64,000 nt of DNA from an uncultured Clostridia bacterium. Lineage in GTDB: Bacteria > Bacillota > Clostridia > Oscillospirales > CAG-272. The position numbers were made by a program, and so were the translations under genes. A model generated the notes under the pieces. That model did not search any database. It saw only the letters and a program-made list of their open reading frames with translations, and had not been told where the DNA came from. This document shows positions 28,750 through 39,134 of the stretch, in pieces. The DNA lies in NCBI GenBank assembly GCA_947627475.1, contig CANQWE010000003.1, forward strand, positions 1,005-65,004, given 5' to 3'. Position 1 is the first letter of the stretch; each line of letters begins with the position of its first letter.

Positions 28750-30100
28750 AAAAAATCTAAAAAAAGAGTTAAATGCGATTCCGGTTCCTACAGTACCCCT
28801 TAGTGAAGCCACCTATGCTGCCTGTAGAAGAAACAAATCAGGTCCCCGCCGAAAAATCGTTATTAAGCCTGTTGTCGTTGTGGTCCTTGCAGTCGCTATC
28901 CTATTTGGTACAGTTTTCAGTATTAGCGCAGGACTGCGCAATATGGTCATCTCGATATTTCGCTCTCCCGAGGCGGAAGTGATCCCGGAGGACATATTCT
29001 CTCCGTCCGGGCATGCTCCGTCAGGAATTTCCTTTGCAGGCCGTCAGAAAATAGAAGAAATCGCAGATATTCAGTATTTTCGTATGGAAGGGCCTTTTAC
29101 GCTGCAAAACAACGTAGCTACTGTGCGTACAGATGAGGGCCTGGAATACTACAAAATTTCTGATACCATAGAAAAGTTGGATTTTGCATCCACCCATATT
29201 TCAGATGAAATTGTATATAATGCTATTTCATATCCGCTGTCCTTTGACTACGGCTATCTGGATGGAAGACTTCATATAGAAAACCAGGCAGATTCCATGG
29301 AGCAGTCCTACAGCACCAATGTACTGAGACCGTACGGCGAGGAGCAGGTGTGGATGGAGCTGATTGATCCGCAAAGCGCATCCTACTATGTGCTCTACAA
29401 TCTGAAAACCGGTGTGGTAACAGATATTCTTCGGGGTTATCTGGACGAAGATGCGGTGCTATCCTATTTTGAAATCAGCCCCAGCGGCAATTATTTTCTG
29501 CTGGGACTGGACAAATTTTATGTGGTTCATACCCAGGAACAGCGTATGGTTTCCCTATCCGAGGAACCCCTTGTGAGTTGTACCTTTATCAACGAAGAAT
29601 GGATATCTGTCCTCCGGCAACAGGACGGGGAGGGATATCATGCATATACGTACAATGTGAAATCCGGCGCTCAGTTTACCTTGTTTGAAAACGGCCAGCT
29701 TTTAGATGCGCTGGGAAAAGTTGCGGTTGGGTATATCTCCCTTGGCAGCGGGTATTACATGCATCGCTCCCCCGAGGGGTACACTTTGATTGAACCCAAT
29801 GGTGAGGTCTCCCGCATTTCAGGGTTACAGGCGACCGGTAATATGGAATTTCTTCTCAGCCCGGACAAAACAAAAATAGCTGTGGCAAATTTGGATGCGG
29901 CCAGTCAGAGCAGCCTGCAGATCACAGAGCTTGGAGTCATAGATTTGCAGAAAAAAGAGCTGCGAATCTTCAACAGAGAAGATTACAGCAAAGGCTGTGA
30001 AACCAGCATGTTCTGGAATGATGCAAGCAGTCTTGCAGTGACGGCGGAAAATGGGAGCCATTCTCTGTATTTGTATAGATTTACAGAGGATGGGAAATAA
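28733..30100 (+). CDS. Putative anti-sigma factor, single-pass membrane protein with large extracytoplasmic domain
   Basis: Overlaps the sigma gene stop. Single TM segment KPVVVVVLAVAILFGTVF. 455 aa. Confidence 0.6.
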   Translation: MPRTLKKNLKKELNAIPVPTVPLSEATYAACRRNKSGPRRKIVIKPVVVVVLAVAILFGTVFSISAGLRNMVISIFRSPEAEVIPEDIFSPSGHAPSGISFAGRQKIEEIADIQYFRMEGPFTLQNNVATVRTDEGLEYYKISDTIEKLDFASTHISDEIVYNAISYPLSFDYGYLDGRLHIENQADSMEQSYSTNVLRPYGEEQVWMELIDPQSASYYVLYNLKTGVVTDILRGYLDEDAVLSYFEISPSGNYFLLGLDKFYVVHTQEQRMVSLSEEPLVSCTFINEEWISVLRQQDGEGYHAYTYNVKSGAQFTLFENGQLLDALGKVAVGYISLGSGYYMHRSPEGYTLIEPNGEVSRISGLQATGNMEFLLSPDKTKIAVANLDAASQSSLQITELGVIDLQKKELRIFNREDYSKGCETSMFWNDASSLAVTAENGSHSLYLYRFTEDGK

Positions 30101-30364
30101 TGCGGCATATTTTTCTTTGGGCCGCAAAAAGAGAGGGTACCTCCCCCTCTCTTTTTTCTGCTTTTGCTGCGTGCAAAACTACCCAGGCAAATTACAAGCG
30201 ATTTGCAAATTCAGAGCGCAACAGCAAGCACGCAAAATACACCGAAAATCAAATTAGGGTTTCACGAACGATTGATCTCAATCATTGGCTGGTTACAACG
30301 ATGTTGCTTATAGAATTTGTTGAAAAAAATATCAAATTTACAACATGATTCGACATAATCCTTG

Positions 30365-30393
30365 TTGACATTGTATAAAAAATATCCTATAGT
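30365..30393 (+). promoter_or_regulatory. Orphan sigma-A-type promoter in a non-coding gap
   Basis: TTGACA (30365..30370), a 17-nt spacer, then TATAGT (30388..30393). No ORF with an RBS follows for about 680 nt. Confidence 0.4.
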
Positions 30394-31074
30394 AAGAAAA
30401 AATGCAAAAACCTTACATAAAGGAATTGCTATCGAATCAGGGTTTATATTGGCTGCCATCCTATAGTACAGGGACGTACAGCAAATTTAGGAACGTCTTA
30501 TCAGAAATAGAATTGTGATTGGATTTGTCGGTGGTAACACAGGATGGTATCTATCCCTGTAAATACATACTATAAGAAACGAAAACCGTGCGTTTGCGGT
30601 TTTTGCCGGAATCGGCAAGGATAATGTACAGGAAATACAGCTTAATTCTGGCATGGATACTCGCGGATAGGGTGATTACAAGAGTTTGATGAAAGAAAAC
30701 GGAGAATATGGTACAGAAAAGGCTATAGAAGCCACAGTGGAAATAGAAGGGTTTTTGCTATTGATACAATAAATTACGATTTTGAAAAAAGAATAAATGA
30801 AAGAAACAATAAAATCCATACACGAAAACGCAAAATAACGAATCAGGTTAGTAAGCCTGAGAATAAGGAGAGCATGCCATTTATCGATTTCCAGAAGCGG
30901 TATAGGACAAGTCCTTTACAGGGTATCCAAGCAGGCTGGCTGGCAAACAGCGGTGACACAGATGATGCTTGCGAAAACTGACAGAAATGGGCCCGTGTAC
31001 AAAAATTGTTCTATCGGTGTTGTCAGAAAAGATAGGGTTACTTTTAATTTAACGGATGAAAGGAAAAGCTTATT

Positions 31075-32343
31075 ATGAAAAAATTTCGTACGGTTTTTGT
31101 TGTCCTGACACTGGTTTGTAGCTTGTTTATGAATAGCTTTGCATATATGCCAAGCGATGTGCAAAGCTACGATGAAGGCGTAACGGCGATTGAATTTGCA
31201 CAGGGGTTTATCGATGGAATAGAGCCTGGTAAAGATTTTGTTGCAGGGGAATCTATCAATATTTATGACCAGAACGATATGCTGATCGGATTTTGCATTG
31301 ATTTATTTAAAGACGAAGAACCGTCAGGCTATGTGGTGATCAAGCTGACGGAGGCAGGGCCGGTAGTTGAGGAATTTGCTACGGAGGCAGGCGTCTCGAA
31401 TTTGTATGATTGTATTGCAGACAGTGACACAACGTCCGAAGAATTTGCGGATAAGAAATTGTATGGCTTTGGTCCTATGGAATATGTGGTCCCCAAAGAA
31501 GCAGATGGGGAGACCGTTTACATAGACAATACCGGTGAAAAATTTACAGAAGAAGAATATGATTTCATCGTCGAAGAATGGGAGCAGGAACAGGCGCTGT
31601 CTGTAGAGGAGAACGGCAGCGAAACGATCTCTTCTTATACGTATGAGGAGGTAAACTTTCAGGAAGATGAAGGAATAAATGATCCTGAAACCGCTACAAG
31701 TATAGTAGATGGATACTCTGTGATCTGCAGCTATGAAACATTTCTGGCAAACAAAGGTACGACCACAAGTTATAACTCATTGCCTGGTTATTTGAGGAAT
31801 ACCGTCTACGGTCAATCCGATTTTACAAACGCAACCGGCAGATATGCGTGTTCGGTTGTCGCTTTGACGAATATGGTAAGCTATTTTCAAAACAATGGAT
31901 ATAGCAGAGCGCTAATAAACAAAAAAATACGGGACACTTTCAACTCGTTATGGACCTTGACGGAAACTTCTGTGACACATACAAATAATGGAATTTCATA
32001 CGGGGGTACCGTAATATCCAAACAAGCCGGCGCCATTGAAACGTATTTTTCCCAAAGAGGTTACAATGTGACTGTTGATGAATATACTTCCGTAAGTTTT
32101 TCCAACTATATGCGGGATATCAATGCAAATAAACCATGTATTTTTGATTATGGGGCTATTTTTAACGGGAAGGCAGGCGGACATTCTGTCTTTGTAGTAG
32201 GATATAGCCAGACGACAGGACCCGACTATTTACTGGTAGAAGATGGTTGGAGTAATTACTACAGATATTTGAATTTCGATAGTAATTTTTCATTTAAGTA
32301 CGGTCGGTCTGTCAAAATGAACTCGTCTCCCGGCTACAAATAA
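31075..32343 (+). CDS. Secreted papain-like cysteine peptidase (putative)
   Basis: Signal peptide, an acidic linker, then GRYACSVVALTNMV (Cys) and GGHSVFVVGY (His) followed by VEDGWSNY. This is a Cys-His peptidase layout. The gene is AT-rich. Confidence 0.5.
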   Translation: MKKFRTVFVVLTLVCSLFMNSFAYMPSDVQSYDEGVTAIEFAQGFIDGIEPGKDFVAGESINIYDQNDMLIGFCIDLFKDEEPSGYVVIKLTEAGPVVEEFATEAGVSNLYDCIADSDTTSEEFADKKLYGFGPMEYVVPKEADGETVYIDNTGEKFTEEEYDFIVEEWEQEQALSVEENGSETISSYTYEEVNFQEDEGINDPETATSIVDGYSVICSYETFLANKGTTTSYNSLPGYLRNTVYGQSDFTNATGRYACSVVALTNMVSYFQNNGYSRALINKKIRDTFNSLWTLTETSVTHTNNGISYGGTVISKQAGAIETYFSQRGYNVTVDEYTSVSFSNYMRDINANKPCIFDYGAIFNGKAGGHSVFVVGYSQTTGPDYLLVEDGWSNYYRYLNFDSNFSFKYGRSVKMNSSPGYK

Positions 32344-32363
32344 TACAAATGCTGACAAGAACC

Positions 32364-32389
32364 AGGGAGCAAGTGTCCTTGCTCCCTGT
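32364..32389 (+). terminator. Hairpin downstream of the peptidase gene
   Basis: CAGGGAGCAAG-TGTC-CTTGCTCCCTG, with no clear T-tract. Confidence 0.35.
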
Positions 32390-32732
32390 GCTCTGCCACA
32401 GCAAACGAATAAATGATGGTTCTTGAAATTTTCTCCTGAATCCGCTCTGGTCGCTTCTCTGCTGCGTTGAGGTACTACAGTGTTTCCGTATCAATTGTAA
32501 AGGCATCGGAGCGTTGCTTTGGATAGATGGCTGAAGGTAGCTCTTGTATTTTCTCTCCGCCTCTTGCTGTGTAGCCTTTCTGCTTATTATGCTGAGCCGA
32601 TGGTCGGGTACGCTGCAATGGCTTTGGCGTTTCTATATACTACAGTATATAAAGTATATTAGCGCGCCAAAAAGTCCGAACCCGCAAGATGCGCACACGA
32701 TTTACGACTCTATAAGTAAAGGAGGGATTCAT

Positions 32733-33277
32733 TTGACTGATGATAAAATCATTTTACTCATATCGGAAAAACAGCAAGTCGGATTGGAACACCTGGAAAA
32801 AAGTATAAATCCTACGCGCAAAAAATAACACAGCAGTTTCTGCAAAGCCCGGAGGATGCTGAGGAATGTATTAATGATGCATTGTTTGATGTATGGAATG
32901 CAAGAAATATAAAAGAAATCAAAAATTTAAAGGCTTTTGTGGCTGTCTGCGTCAGAAGACGCTGTATTGATTTGCTCAGGAATATGCATGCACAAAAGCG
33001 CAGTCAAAACGTGAAAATACTGTTGTCAGAATTGGATGAGGTGTGCGCACCCCTATCCACAGAAGATTCTTTTGAAAACAGACAGCTTGGCACGTGGATC
33101 GATCGTTTTATCAACGCGCTGGGGCAACCGGATAAAGACATTTTTCTGCTGCGATATTTTTATGGGATGGACATCTGGGAAATCGCCAAACAAAAGCGTC
33201 TGAGCCGAAGCGCCGTTGACAGCCGCCTTTTCCGATGCAGAAAAAAATTAAAAGCCGAATTGGAGGGATTCATGTGA
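32733..33277 (+). pseudogene. ECF sigma factor gene interrupted by a frameshift at an A6 run
   Basis: TTG start after GGAGGGATTCAT. Frame a reads ..QQVGLEHLEK then stops. Frame b continues from the A6 run (32797..32802) as KKYKSYAQKITQQFLQSPEDAEECINDALFDVW.. through region 4 (LRYFYGMDIWEIAKQKRLSRSAVDSRLFRCRKKL). Confidence 0.7.
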
Positions 33278-34239
33278 ACAGCTTTAAGCTTTTGGAGGAG
33301 ATTGGAAATCTGCCCCTTGAAACAATACAAGTCAAAGAGGCGGGTAAAATGCGCCGTGTTTTTATACCGTGTGTTGCCGCGGTGCTGTCCATGATACTCT
33401 TGGTTGAAGGAGGGATTCTTATCCACCGCTATATGTTAAAGCCTGCTTTGCCTGAACAGCAGCCGCCTGCCCAGTCGCTGCAGCCTCCCGCAGACAGCAA
33501 CGCGACGCAAACACAACCAGCCGCCCGCTTCGGCCCAGTTACGGCCTTTGGACTTGCGCCGTTAGAGGGAGAAAGCGTGAGCCTCCTGGCGGAAAATGTC
33601 GTCTTTACAAAAGATACAACATCCACCGGGATCCTTTACGGCTTCTATACTACAGAGATGCACTATACGGTGGAGCTGTCCGGTAAGGCGTCCTTTGTCC
33701 TGCCATATGCAATGACCCGTGAAACAGAGAAATATGTACAAACAGAAATATATATAGACGGCAGCCCGATCGATTTTAAGACGGAGCGGCATCCAAACGC
33801 CAGTGTAGAGGTGCCGATTCTGTATGCAGGCGGTGGGCGGCACTCTGTAAAGATATACGGTTCCGATCATTGGAAAGACGCCGATCAGCCTTCTCACACC
33901 TATACGTTGCTTATGCAGGCGTGGAAAGAAAAGCCTGTCCCTCCATTCACAGAAGAATCTATTGCCCGGATGATAGAAAAAAGCAGCGCCGGATGGATCG
34001 ATATGGATACCTTTGAAATCGGGGAGGCTGGGACACATGAGATCGAAATCAGGCTTGTGGTAAGAGGAGAGAGCGATTTATGCAGCAGCAATATGCTGGA
34101 ATGGGCCGCCTCGCCGGAAAATATGTGGGCCCAGGCAAAGGAGCGAAACATGTCCGTAGTGATCGGTGAAGAGACATATTCCTTTGCCATTCAAGATACA
34201 CTCTTTTTGTTTGAACAGCCCAGAGAAACAAAAGAATGA
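33274..34239 (+). CDS. Putative anti-sigma factor / membrane-anchored protein
   Basis: GTG start after the same GGAGGGATTCAT context, overlapping the sigma stop. TM segment VFIPCVAAVLSMILLVEGGILI. Confidence 0.55.
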   Translation: MNSFKLLEEIGNLPLETIQVKEAGKMRRVFIPCVAAVLSMILLVEGGILIHRYMLKPALPEQQPPAQSLQPPADSNATQTQPAARFGPVTAFGLAPLEGESVSLLAENVVFTKDTTSTGILYGFYTTEMHYTVELSGKASFVLPYAMTRETEKYVQTEIYIDGSPIDFKTERHPNASVEVPILYAGGGRHSVKIYGSDHWKDADQPSHTYTLLMQAWKEKPVPPFTEESIARMIEKSSAGWIDMDTFEIGEAGTHEIEIRLVVRGESDLCSSNMLEWAASPENMWAQAKERNMSVVIGEETYSFAIQDTLFLFEQPRETKE

Positions 34240-34535
34240 CTGGGACGTCCAGGGATTTTTCTTGCCCATACGGAGAATCCTTGCCAGCACAGAACCCGGA
34301 TACAGGCGCAATGGAGAAAAAGCAATCCGATACCCGTATACACGGGGAAGCTCCCGTTGTCCGGAGCGATTGCGGCAATAGGGGGAGCCTGACTACAGGC
34401 CCCCTCTGTTTTTATAAAGCGCTGTTACAAGAGATGAGAGGGTATGCAAAAGCGCGCCGGCCTTTCAGATGCAGCAAGGCTGGGCAGTAGATGCTACAGC
34501 GTCCGGAATGGACGTGTGCCAGGCGAAATAAAAAA

Positions 34536-34562
34536 TAAAAACGCCCCGCGTGGGCGTTTTTA
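34536..34562 (-). terminator. Intrinsic terminator of the lipoprotein gene
   Basis: AAACGCCC-CGCGT-GGGCGTTT with T/A runs on both sides, 10 nt beyond the stop at 34572. Confidence 0.7.
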
Positions 34563-34571
34563 TTCGGATGA

Positions 34572-35144
34572 TTATTTCGCAATCGGCAGCTTGACCTCTA
34601 TCTTTTCAGAAGAAAGCATTTCACTGAATTCTATGTAGTAATCTCCGTCTCCGTCATACACAATATGGAAAGCAGAAGTAATAGAAGCGCCGCTTCTCAT
34701 ATCTCCCGCAAATTCGATATCGGAATCTGAAAAATATGCGCTGGCCGTATCTGCCTCAGTGCCGGCTGAACCGTAGATTTTGTAGTAGAACATATTGAGA
34801 CTGTGGGATTCGCTTTTCAAATTCTTGACGGTAACAGGCAGCACGATTACGTCTTTGCCATTGTTTTCCGAAAACTCGTTGTCGATTGTGGTCCAGGTAA
34901 CGTCCTCTGCATTTCCGATGGTGATTTCCAAGTCGTCAAAAACAAAGGTGGAACCAAAGGTCAGCTCGTCCTTTTTTGCCGCGTCCTCCGCGGTAGTTTC
35001 TGGACTTGTTGTTTCCAGCCCGCTGCCTGCGGTGGTCGTATCGCCGTCTTTGACCTCTATGTCAGCGGGCTGGGTTTCCACTTTACACGCAGTAAAGGCA
35101 GTCAAGGCGGCAAGTGCGAAAAGTAAGGCGAAAAATTTTTTCAT
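34572..35144 (-). CDS. Lipoprotein, DUF4352/DUF5067-like Ig-fold
   Basis: Lipobox LTAFTAC, a T/E-rich linker, and a GKDVIVLPVTVKNLKSESHSL motif. Confidence 0.7.
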   Translation of the reverse strand: MKKFFALLFALAALTAFTACKVETQPADIEVKDGDTTTAGSGLETTSPETTAEDAAKKDELTFGSTFVFDDLEITIGNAEDVTWTTIDNEFSENNGKDVIVLPVTVKNLKSESHSLNMFYYKIYGSAGTEADTASAYFSDSDIEFAGDMRSGASITSAFHIVYDGDGDYYIEFSEMLSSEKIEVKLPIAK

Positions 35145-35343
35145 AATACTCCTCCCAAAAAAATGTATACTATAATATATAGAAAAAACAACTAAAAGTC
35201 AACAATTTGTCCATAATTTCGCCATAAAATAACAAAAAATAAAGGCCAGAAGCATAAAAGCCTGCTTCTGGCACTACTTTCAGGCGTAACACTGGGACGC
35301 ACTTCAGGAAGAGACCTATGAAACTTCCTTATTTACGTATTCT

Positions 35344-35709
35344 CTATGTACCCTTAACGTGCCGTTTGATCGCTTCAAAGGTTTCGTCGCTGATATCGTG
35401 CTCTATTTTACAGGCATCTTCTGCAGCCGTTTTTGCACATACCCCAAGACGCACAAAAAAGTCTGTCATCATGGTATGCCTTTCATAGATTTTCTGCGCA
35501 ATTTCCAGACCGGAATCGGTCAGGGACAGGCAGCCCTCCCTATCTACAGACACATAGCCGCCATTCTTCAAGATCCCAATTGCCCTGCTTACGCTTGGCT
35601 TGGAATAGCCCATATATTCTCCAACATCGATAGATCGAACGCAGCGGTGCTGTTTCGATAAAATATAAATCGTCTCCAAATACATTTCGCCGGATTCCTG
35701 CAGACGCAT
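35344..35709 (-). CDS. DtxR/MntR-family metal-dependent transcriptional repressor
   Basis: ESGEMYLETIYIL...IDVGEYMGYSKPSVSRAIGILKNGGYV...ERHTMMTDFF is the DtxR N-terminal HTH plus dimerisation pattern. Confidence 0.85.
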   Translation of the reverse strand: MRLQESGEMYLETIYILSKQHRCVRSIDVGEYMGYSKPSVSRAIGILKNGGYVSVDREGCLSLTDSGLEIAQKIYERHTMMTDFFVRLGVCAKTAAEDACKIEHDISDETFEAIKRHVKGT

Positions 35710-35840
35710 AACAGTCTCCTCCTATTCAGCCGACTTGTTTTCAATTGGCTACCCATAGCATAGCATAGATATCCTTTAAAATCAAGGCTGCAGGGGAGAG
35801 GATCATGCATGGCCTGTGGTGACAAACTGCACAAAAATAT

Positions 35841-35858
35841 GGTTAGCAAATGCTAACC
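35841..35858. promoter_or_regulatory. Palindromic operator GGTTAGCAAATGCTAACC (copy 1)
   Basis: Perfect 7-N4-7-type palindrome, resembling DtxR/IdeR box half-sites TTAGG/GCTAAC. It lies between the repressor gene and feoA. Confidence 0.6.
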
Positions 35859-35948
35859 ATATGCTGGATTTGCCAAAATTTCAAATACAAGGGAATTTTA
35901 TCCGAAGAAATATTGACAATACTGTTTTGTTGGCATATAATAACAAAC

Positions 35949-35966
35949 GGTTAGCAAATGCTAACC
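35949..35966. promoter_or_regulatory. Palindromic operator GGTTAGCAAATGCTAACC (copy 2)
   Basis: Identical 18-mer, 63 nt upstream of the feoA start. Confidence 0.6.
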
Positions 35967-36028
35967 AAAAATGAAAGAAATAGATACATTTTGCTATTGA
36001 AATATACGCTTTGAAGGAAGGCGAAACG

Positions 36029-36241
36029 ATGATGCCGCTTACGCTTGCAGGGGTTGGAGAAGAAAGAATTATACGAAAAATCGGTGGAAAGCCACAGGTG
36101 CGGGCCCATTTGGAAAATCTGGGATTTGTAGTGGGAAGCGCCGTTACTGTGATCAGTACCATCGGCGGAAACGTCATTGTAAATGTAAAGGAGTCACGGA
36201 TCGCAATCAGCCGGGAAATGGCACAGAAAATCATGATCTGA
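36029..36241 (+). CDS. feoA: FeoA-family protein
   Basis: MMPLTLAGVGEERIIRKIGG...LENLGFVVGSAVTVI is the FeoA SH3-like pattern. The ATG lies 7 nt after AAGGAAGG. Confidence 0.85.
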   Translation: MMPLTLAGVGEERIIRKIGGKPQVRAHLENLGFVVGSAVTVISTIGGNVIVNVKESRIAISREMAQKIMI

Positions 36242-36291
36242 TTTTTTTGGAGTTTGTACTCTAGTAATAGAAAGAAAGGTATGGTCTAAGC

Positions 36292-36513
36292 ATGAAAACA
36301 CTCAGACAGGCAAAGGTGGGCGACACAGTGAAGGTAGTAAAGCTCCATGGGGAGGGTGCTGTCAAACGCCGTATCATGGACATGGGACTCACCAGAGGCG
36401 TGGAGGTGCAGATTCGTAAAGTAGCGCCGCTGGGAGATCCCATAGAGGTAACGGTCCGGGGATATGAGCTGTCCCTGCGCAAGGCAGACGCGGAAATGGT
36501 AGAGGTTGGGTAA
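36292..36513 (+). CDS. feoA: FeoA-family protein (second copy)
   Basis: VGDTVKVVKLHGEGAVKRRIMDMGLTRGVEVQIRKVAPLGDPIEV. Confidence 0.85.
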   Translation: MKTLRQAKVGDTVKVVKLHGEGAVKRRIMDMGLTRGVEVQIRKVAPLGDPIEVTVRGYELSLRKADAEMVEVG

Positions 36514-36561
36514 GAAATATGTTTGCAGCGGGGGATATCCCCCGTATTATTTGGAATATAA

Positions 36562-36577
36562 GTTAGCGTGTGCTAAC
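36562..36577. promoter_or_regulatory. Operator variant GTTAGCGTGTGCTAAC (copy 3)
   Basis: Same half-sites, immediately upstream of the feoB RBS. Confidence 0.5.
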
Positions 36578-36599
36578 GCAGAAAGTGAGGAAAGCATCG

Positions 36600-39131
36600 A
36601 TGGATCTGCGAATTGCTCTTGCGGGCAACCCCAACAGTGGAAAAACCACATTGTTTAACGCCCTTACCGGCGCGAATCAGTTTGTGGGAAACTGGCCGGG
36701 CGTTACGGTAGAGAAAAAGGAAGGCAAGCTAAAAAAGCATGACGGCGTGATCATCACGGACCTTCCCGGTATTTATTCCCTATCTCCATATACCCTGGAA
36801 GAGGTGGTTGCCAGAAACTATCTGGTAGGCAGCCGGCCAGATGGAATTTTAAACATCATTGACGGCACAAACCTGGAGCGTAATCTGTATCTGACAACAC
36901 AGCTTACGGAGCTGGGAATTCCCGTAGTGGTTGCCATCAACATGATGGATGTGGTGGAAAAAAACGGGGACAAAATCGATACTGCCCAGCTGTCCAAGGC
37001 TCTGGGATGCCCGGTGGTGGAGATCTCTGCGCTGCGGGGCACCGGCATTACACAGGCTGCACAGGCCGCCATTGAGGCGGCACAGTATGGGAAGACCGTC
37101 CCCCAGCATACCTTTTCCGGCGTTGTGGAGCATGCTTTGGCCCACATTGAGGAAGCTGCCCTGCATAATTTGCCCGAGGAGCAGCAGCGTTGGTATGCCA
37201 TCAAGATTTTTGAGCGGGACAATAAGGTGCTGGAGCAGCTGCAGCTGTCCGGGGAGATCCTTGCGCATATGGAAGAGGATATCCAGGCGGCGGAGAAGGA
37301 ATGGGACGACGACGCGGAATCCATCATCACCAATGAACGATATGCTTATATCGGAGAGATGCTCCGGGGCTGCTATAAGAAAAAGTCTGCCGGAGGGCTT
37401 TCCGTCTCTGATAAAATCGATCAAGTAGTGACCAACCGGTGGCTGGGGCTGCCGATCTTTGCTGCGGTCATGTTTCTGGTGTACTATATTTCCATGGTTA
37501 CGGTAGGCGCGGCAGCCACCGACTGGGTCAACGATGGACTGTTTGGAGACGGCTGGCATCTGTTTGGTATCGGCTCCGGCGCCTGTGAAGAAGCGGCGGA
37601 AAGCTATGGGGACAGCGATCAGATTATCGACGCATTTGCAGCAGAATATGGCAATGATGCAATTGCCGGCGCTTTGGATATGGAGGCAGACACCTACAGC
37701 GAAGCAAATGCAAAGGCGGCGCTGGAAGCGTTGATTGCACTGACTCCGGCGGACGCCAGCATCATCTATGAGACAGAGGATGAGGAAACCCTGGAGGTGA
37801 CGGAGCATCCGGGTACCACGAAGGCGGAACTGGAGGCAGCCGTGGCAGCTTACCTGGAAACGGATGACAAAGAGTCTCAGGGCGCGCCTGACCCTGCCGC
37901 CTATGGGGTATGGGTGCCCGGCATCTCGGTTCTCGTGGGCAGCGGGCTGGAGGCTGTGGGTGCAGCGGACTGGCTCAGCGGCCTGATCAACGACGGCATC
38001 GTAGCCGGTGTAGGCGCAGTGCTCGGTTTTGTTCCCCAAATGCTGGTGCTGTTTTTGCTTTTGGCATTCCTGGAGGCCTGCGGATATATGTCCCGTATCG
38101 CGTTTGTACTGGACCGGGTGTTCCGTAAATTCGGCCTTTCCGGCAAGTCCTTTATTCCCATGCTGGTAGGGGTCGGCTGCGGGGTTCCGGGAATCATGGC
38201 CTCCAGAACCATCGAAAACGAGCGGGACCGGCGCATGACCATTATGACCACCACCTTTATCCCCTGCGGGGCAAAGGTCCCCTTTATCGCCATGATCGCC
38301 GGCGCCCTGTTCGGCGGCTCACCCTGGGTGTCCACCTCCGCATACTTTATCGGGATGGCTGCCATTATCGTTTCCGGGATTATTTTGAAGAAAACCAAAA
38401 TGTTCTCCGGAGATCCGGCGCCCTTCGTTATGGAGCTGCCGGCATATCACTGGCCCACGGTCAAAAATGTACTGCGTTCCATGTGGGAGCGGGGTTGGTC
38501 CTTTATAAAAAAGGCAGGAACGATCATCCTTTTGTCCACCATTTGTGTGTGGTTTGCTACATATTTCGGATTTGTAGACGGGTCCTTCCGGATGCTTAGC
38601 GAAGAAGAGATTGACCATTCTATTTTGGCTGCCATCGGCGGCGCCGTTGCCTGGATTTTCCAGCCCCTGGGCTGGGGTACCTGGCAGGCGGCTGTGGCTT
38701 CTATCACAGGCCTTGTGGCAAAGGAAAACATCGTGGGCACCATGGGCATTCTCTACGGCGCCGCAGGCAATGTTTACGCTACCCTCGGCAGCGTGTTCAC
38801 TGGCATCACCGCGTACTCCTTCCTGGTGTTCAACCTGCTGTGCGCGCCCTGCTTTGCAGCGATCGGAGCCATCAGGCGGGAAATGAACAGCGCAAAATGG
38901 ACCTGGTTTGCCATTGGGTATCAGTGCGGGTTTGCATATCTGATCGCGTTGATGATCAACCAGTTCGGCAGTCTGTTTACAGGAAACGCAAATATAGTGG
39001 GGCTGATTTTCGCAGGGATTGCTTTTGCAGGGATGATCTACATGCTGATCCGTCCCTATAAGGAAGCCACAAAGCTTACCAAAAAGGTGAAAATTGGAGC
39101 AAAATCCGAAATAAAAAGAGGGGAAATCTGA
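36600..39131 (+). CDS. feoB: Ferrous iron transporter FeoB
   Basis: G-domain IALAGNPNSGKTTLFN, DLPGIYSL and NMMD motifs, followed by a polytopic membrane domain. The ATG at 36600 follows GAGGAA. The track start at 36570 lies inside the operator. Confidence 0.92.
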   Translation: MDLRIALAGNPNSGKTTLFNALTGANQFVGNWPGVTVEKKEGKLKKHDGVIITDLPGIYSLSPYTLEEVVARNYLVGSRPDGILNIIDGTNLERNLYLTTQLTELGIPVVVAINMMDVVEKNGDKIDTAQLSKALGCPVVEISALRGTGITQAAQAAIEAAQYGKTVPQHTFSGVVEHALAHIEEAALHNLPEEQQRWYAIKIFERDNKVLEQLQLSGEILAHMEEDIQAAEKEWDDDAESIITNERYAYIGEMLRGCYKKKSAGGLSVSDKIDQVVTNRWLGLPIFAAVMFLVYYISMVTVGAAATDWVNDGLFGDGWHLFGIGSGACEEAAESYGDSDQIIDAFAAEYGNDAIAGALDMEADTYSEANAKAALEALIALTPADASIIYETEDEETLEVTEHPGTTKAELEAAVAAYLETDDKESQGAPDPAAYGVWVPGISVLVGSGLEAVGAADWLSGLINDGIVAGVGAVLGFVPQMLVLFLLLAFLEACGYMSRIAFVLDRVFRKFGLSGKSFIPMLVGVGCGVPGIMASRTIENERDRRMTIMTTTFIPCGAKVPFIAMIAGALFGGSPWVSTSAYFIGMAAIIVSGIILKKTKMFSGDPAPFVMELPAYHWPTVKNVLRSMWERGWSFIKKAGTIILLSTICVWFATYFGFVDGSFRMLSEEEIDHSILAAIGGAVAWIFQPLGWGTWQAAVASITGLVAKENIVGTMGILYGAAGNVYATLGSVFTGITAYSFLVFNLLCAPCFAAIGAIRREMNSAKWTWFAIGYQCGFAYLIALMINQFGSLFTGNANIVGLIFAGIAFAGMIYMLIRPYKEATKLTKKVKIGAKSEIKRGEI

Positions 39132-39134
39132 AAA

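Noticed and set aside
34166-34490. Small plus-strand ORFs (71 and 84 aa) after the second anti-sigma gene.
   Set aside because: They have no RBS, overlap one another, and have Arg/Pro/Gly-rich translations.
36849-38039. 396-aa minus-strand ORF.
   Set aside because: It lies entirely antisense within feoB.
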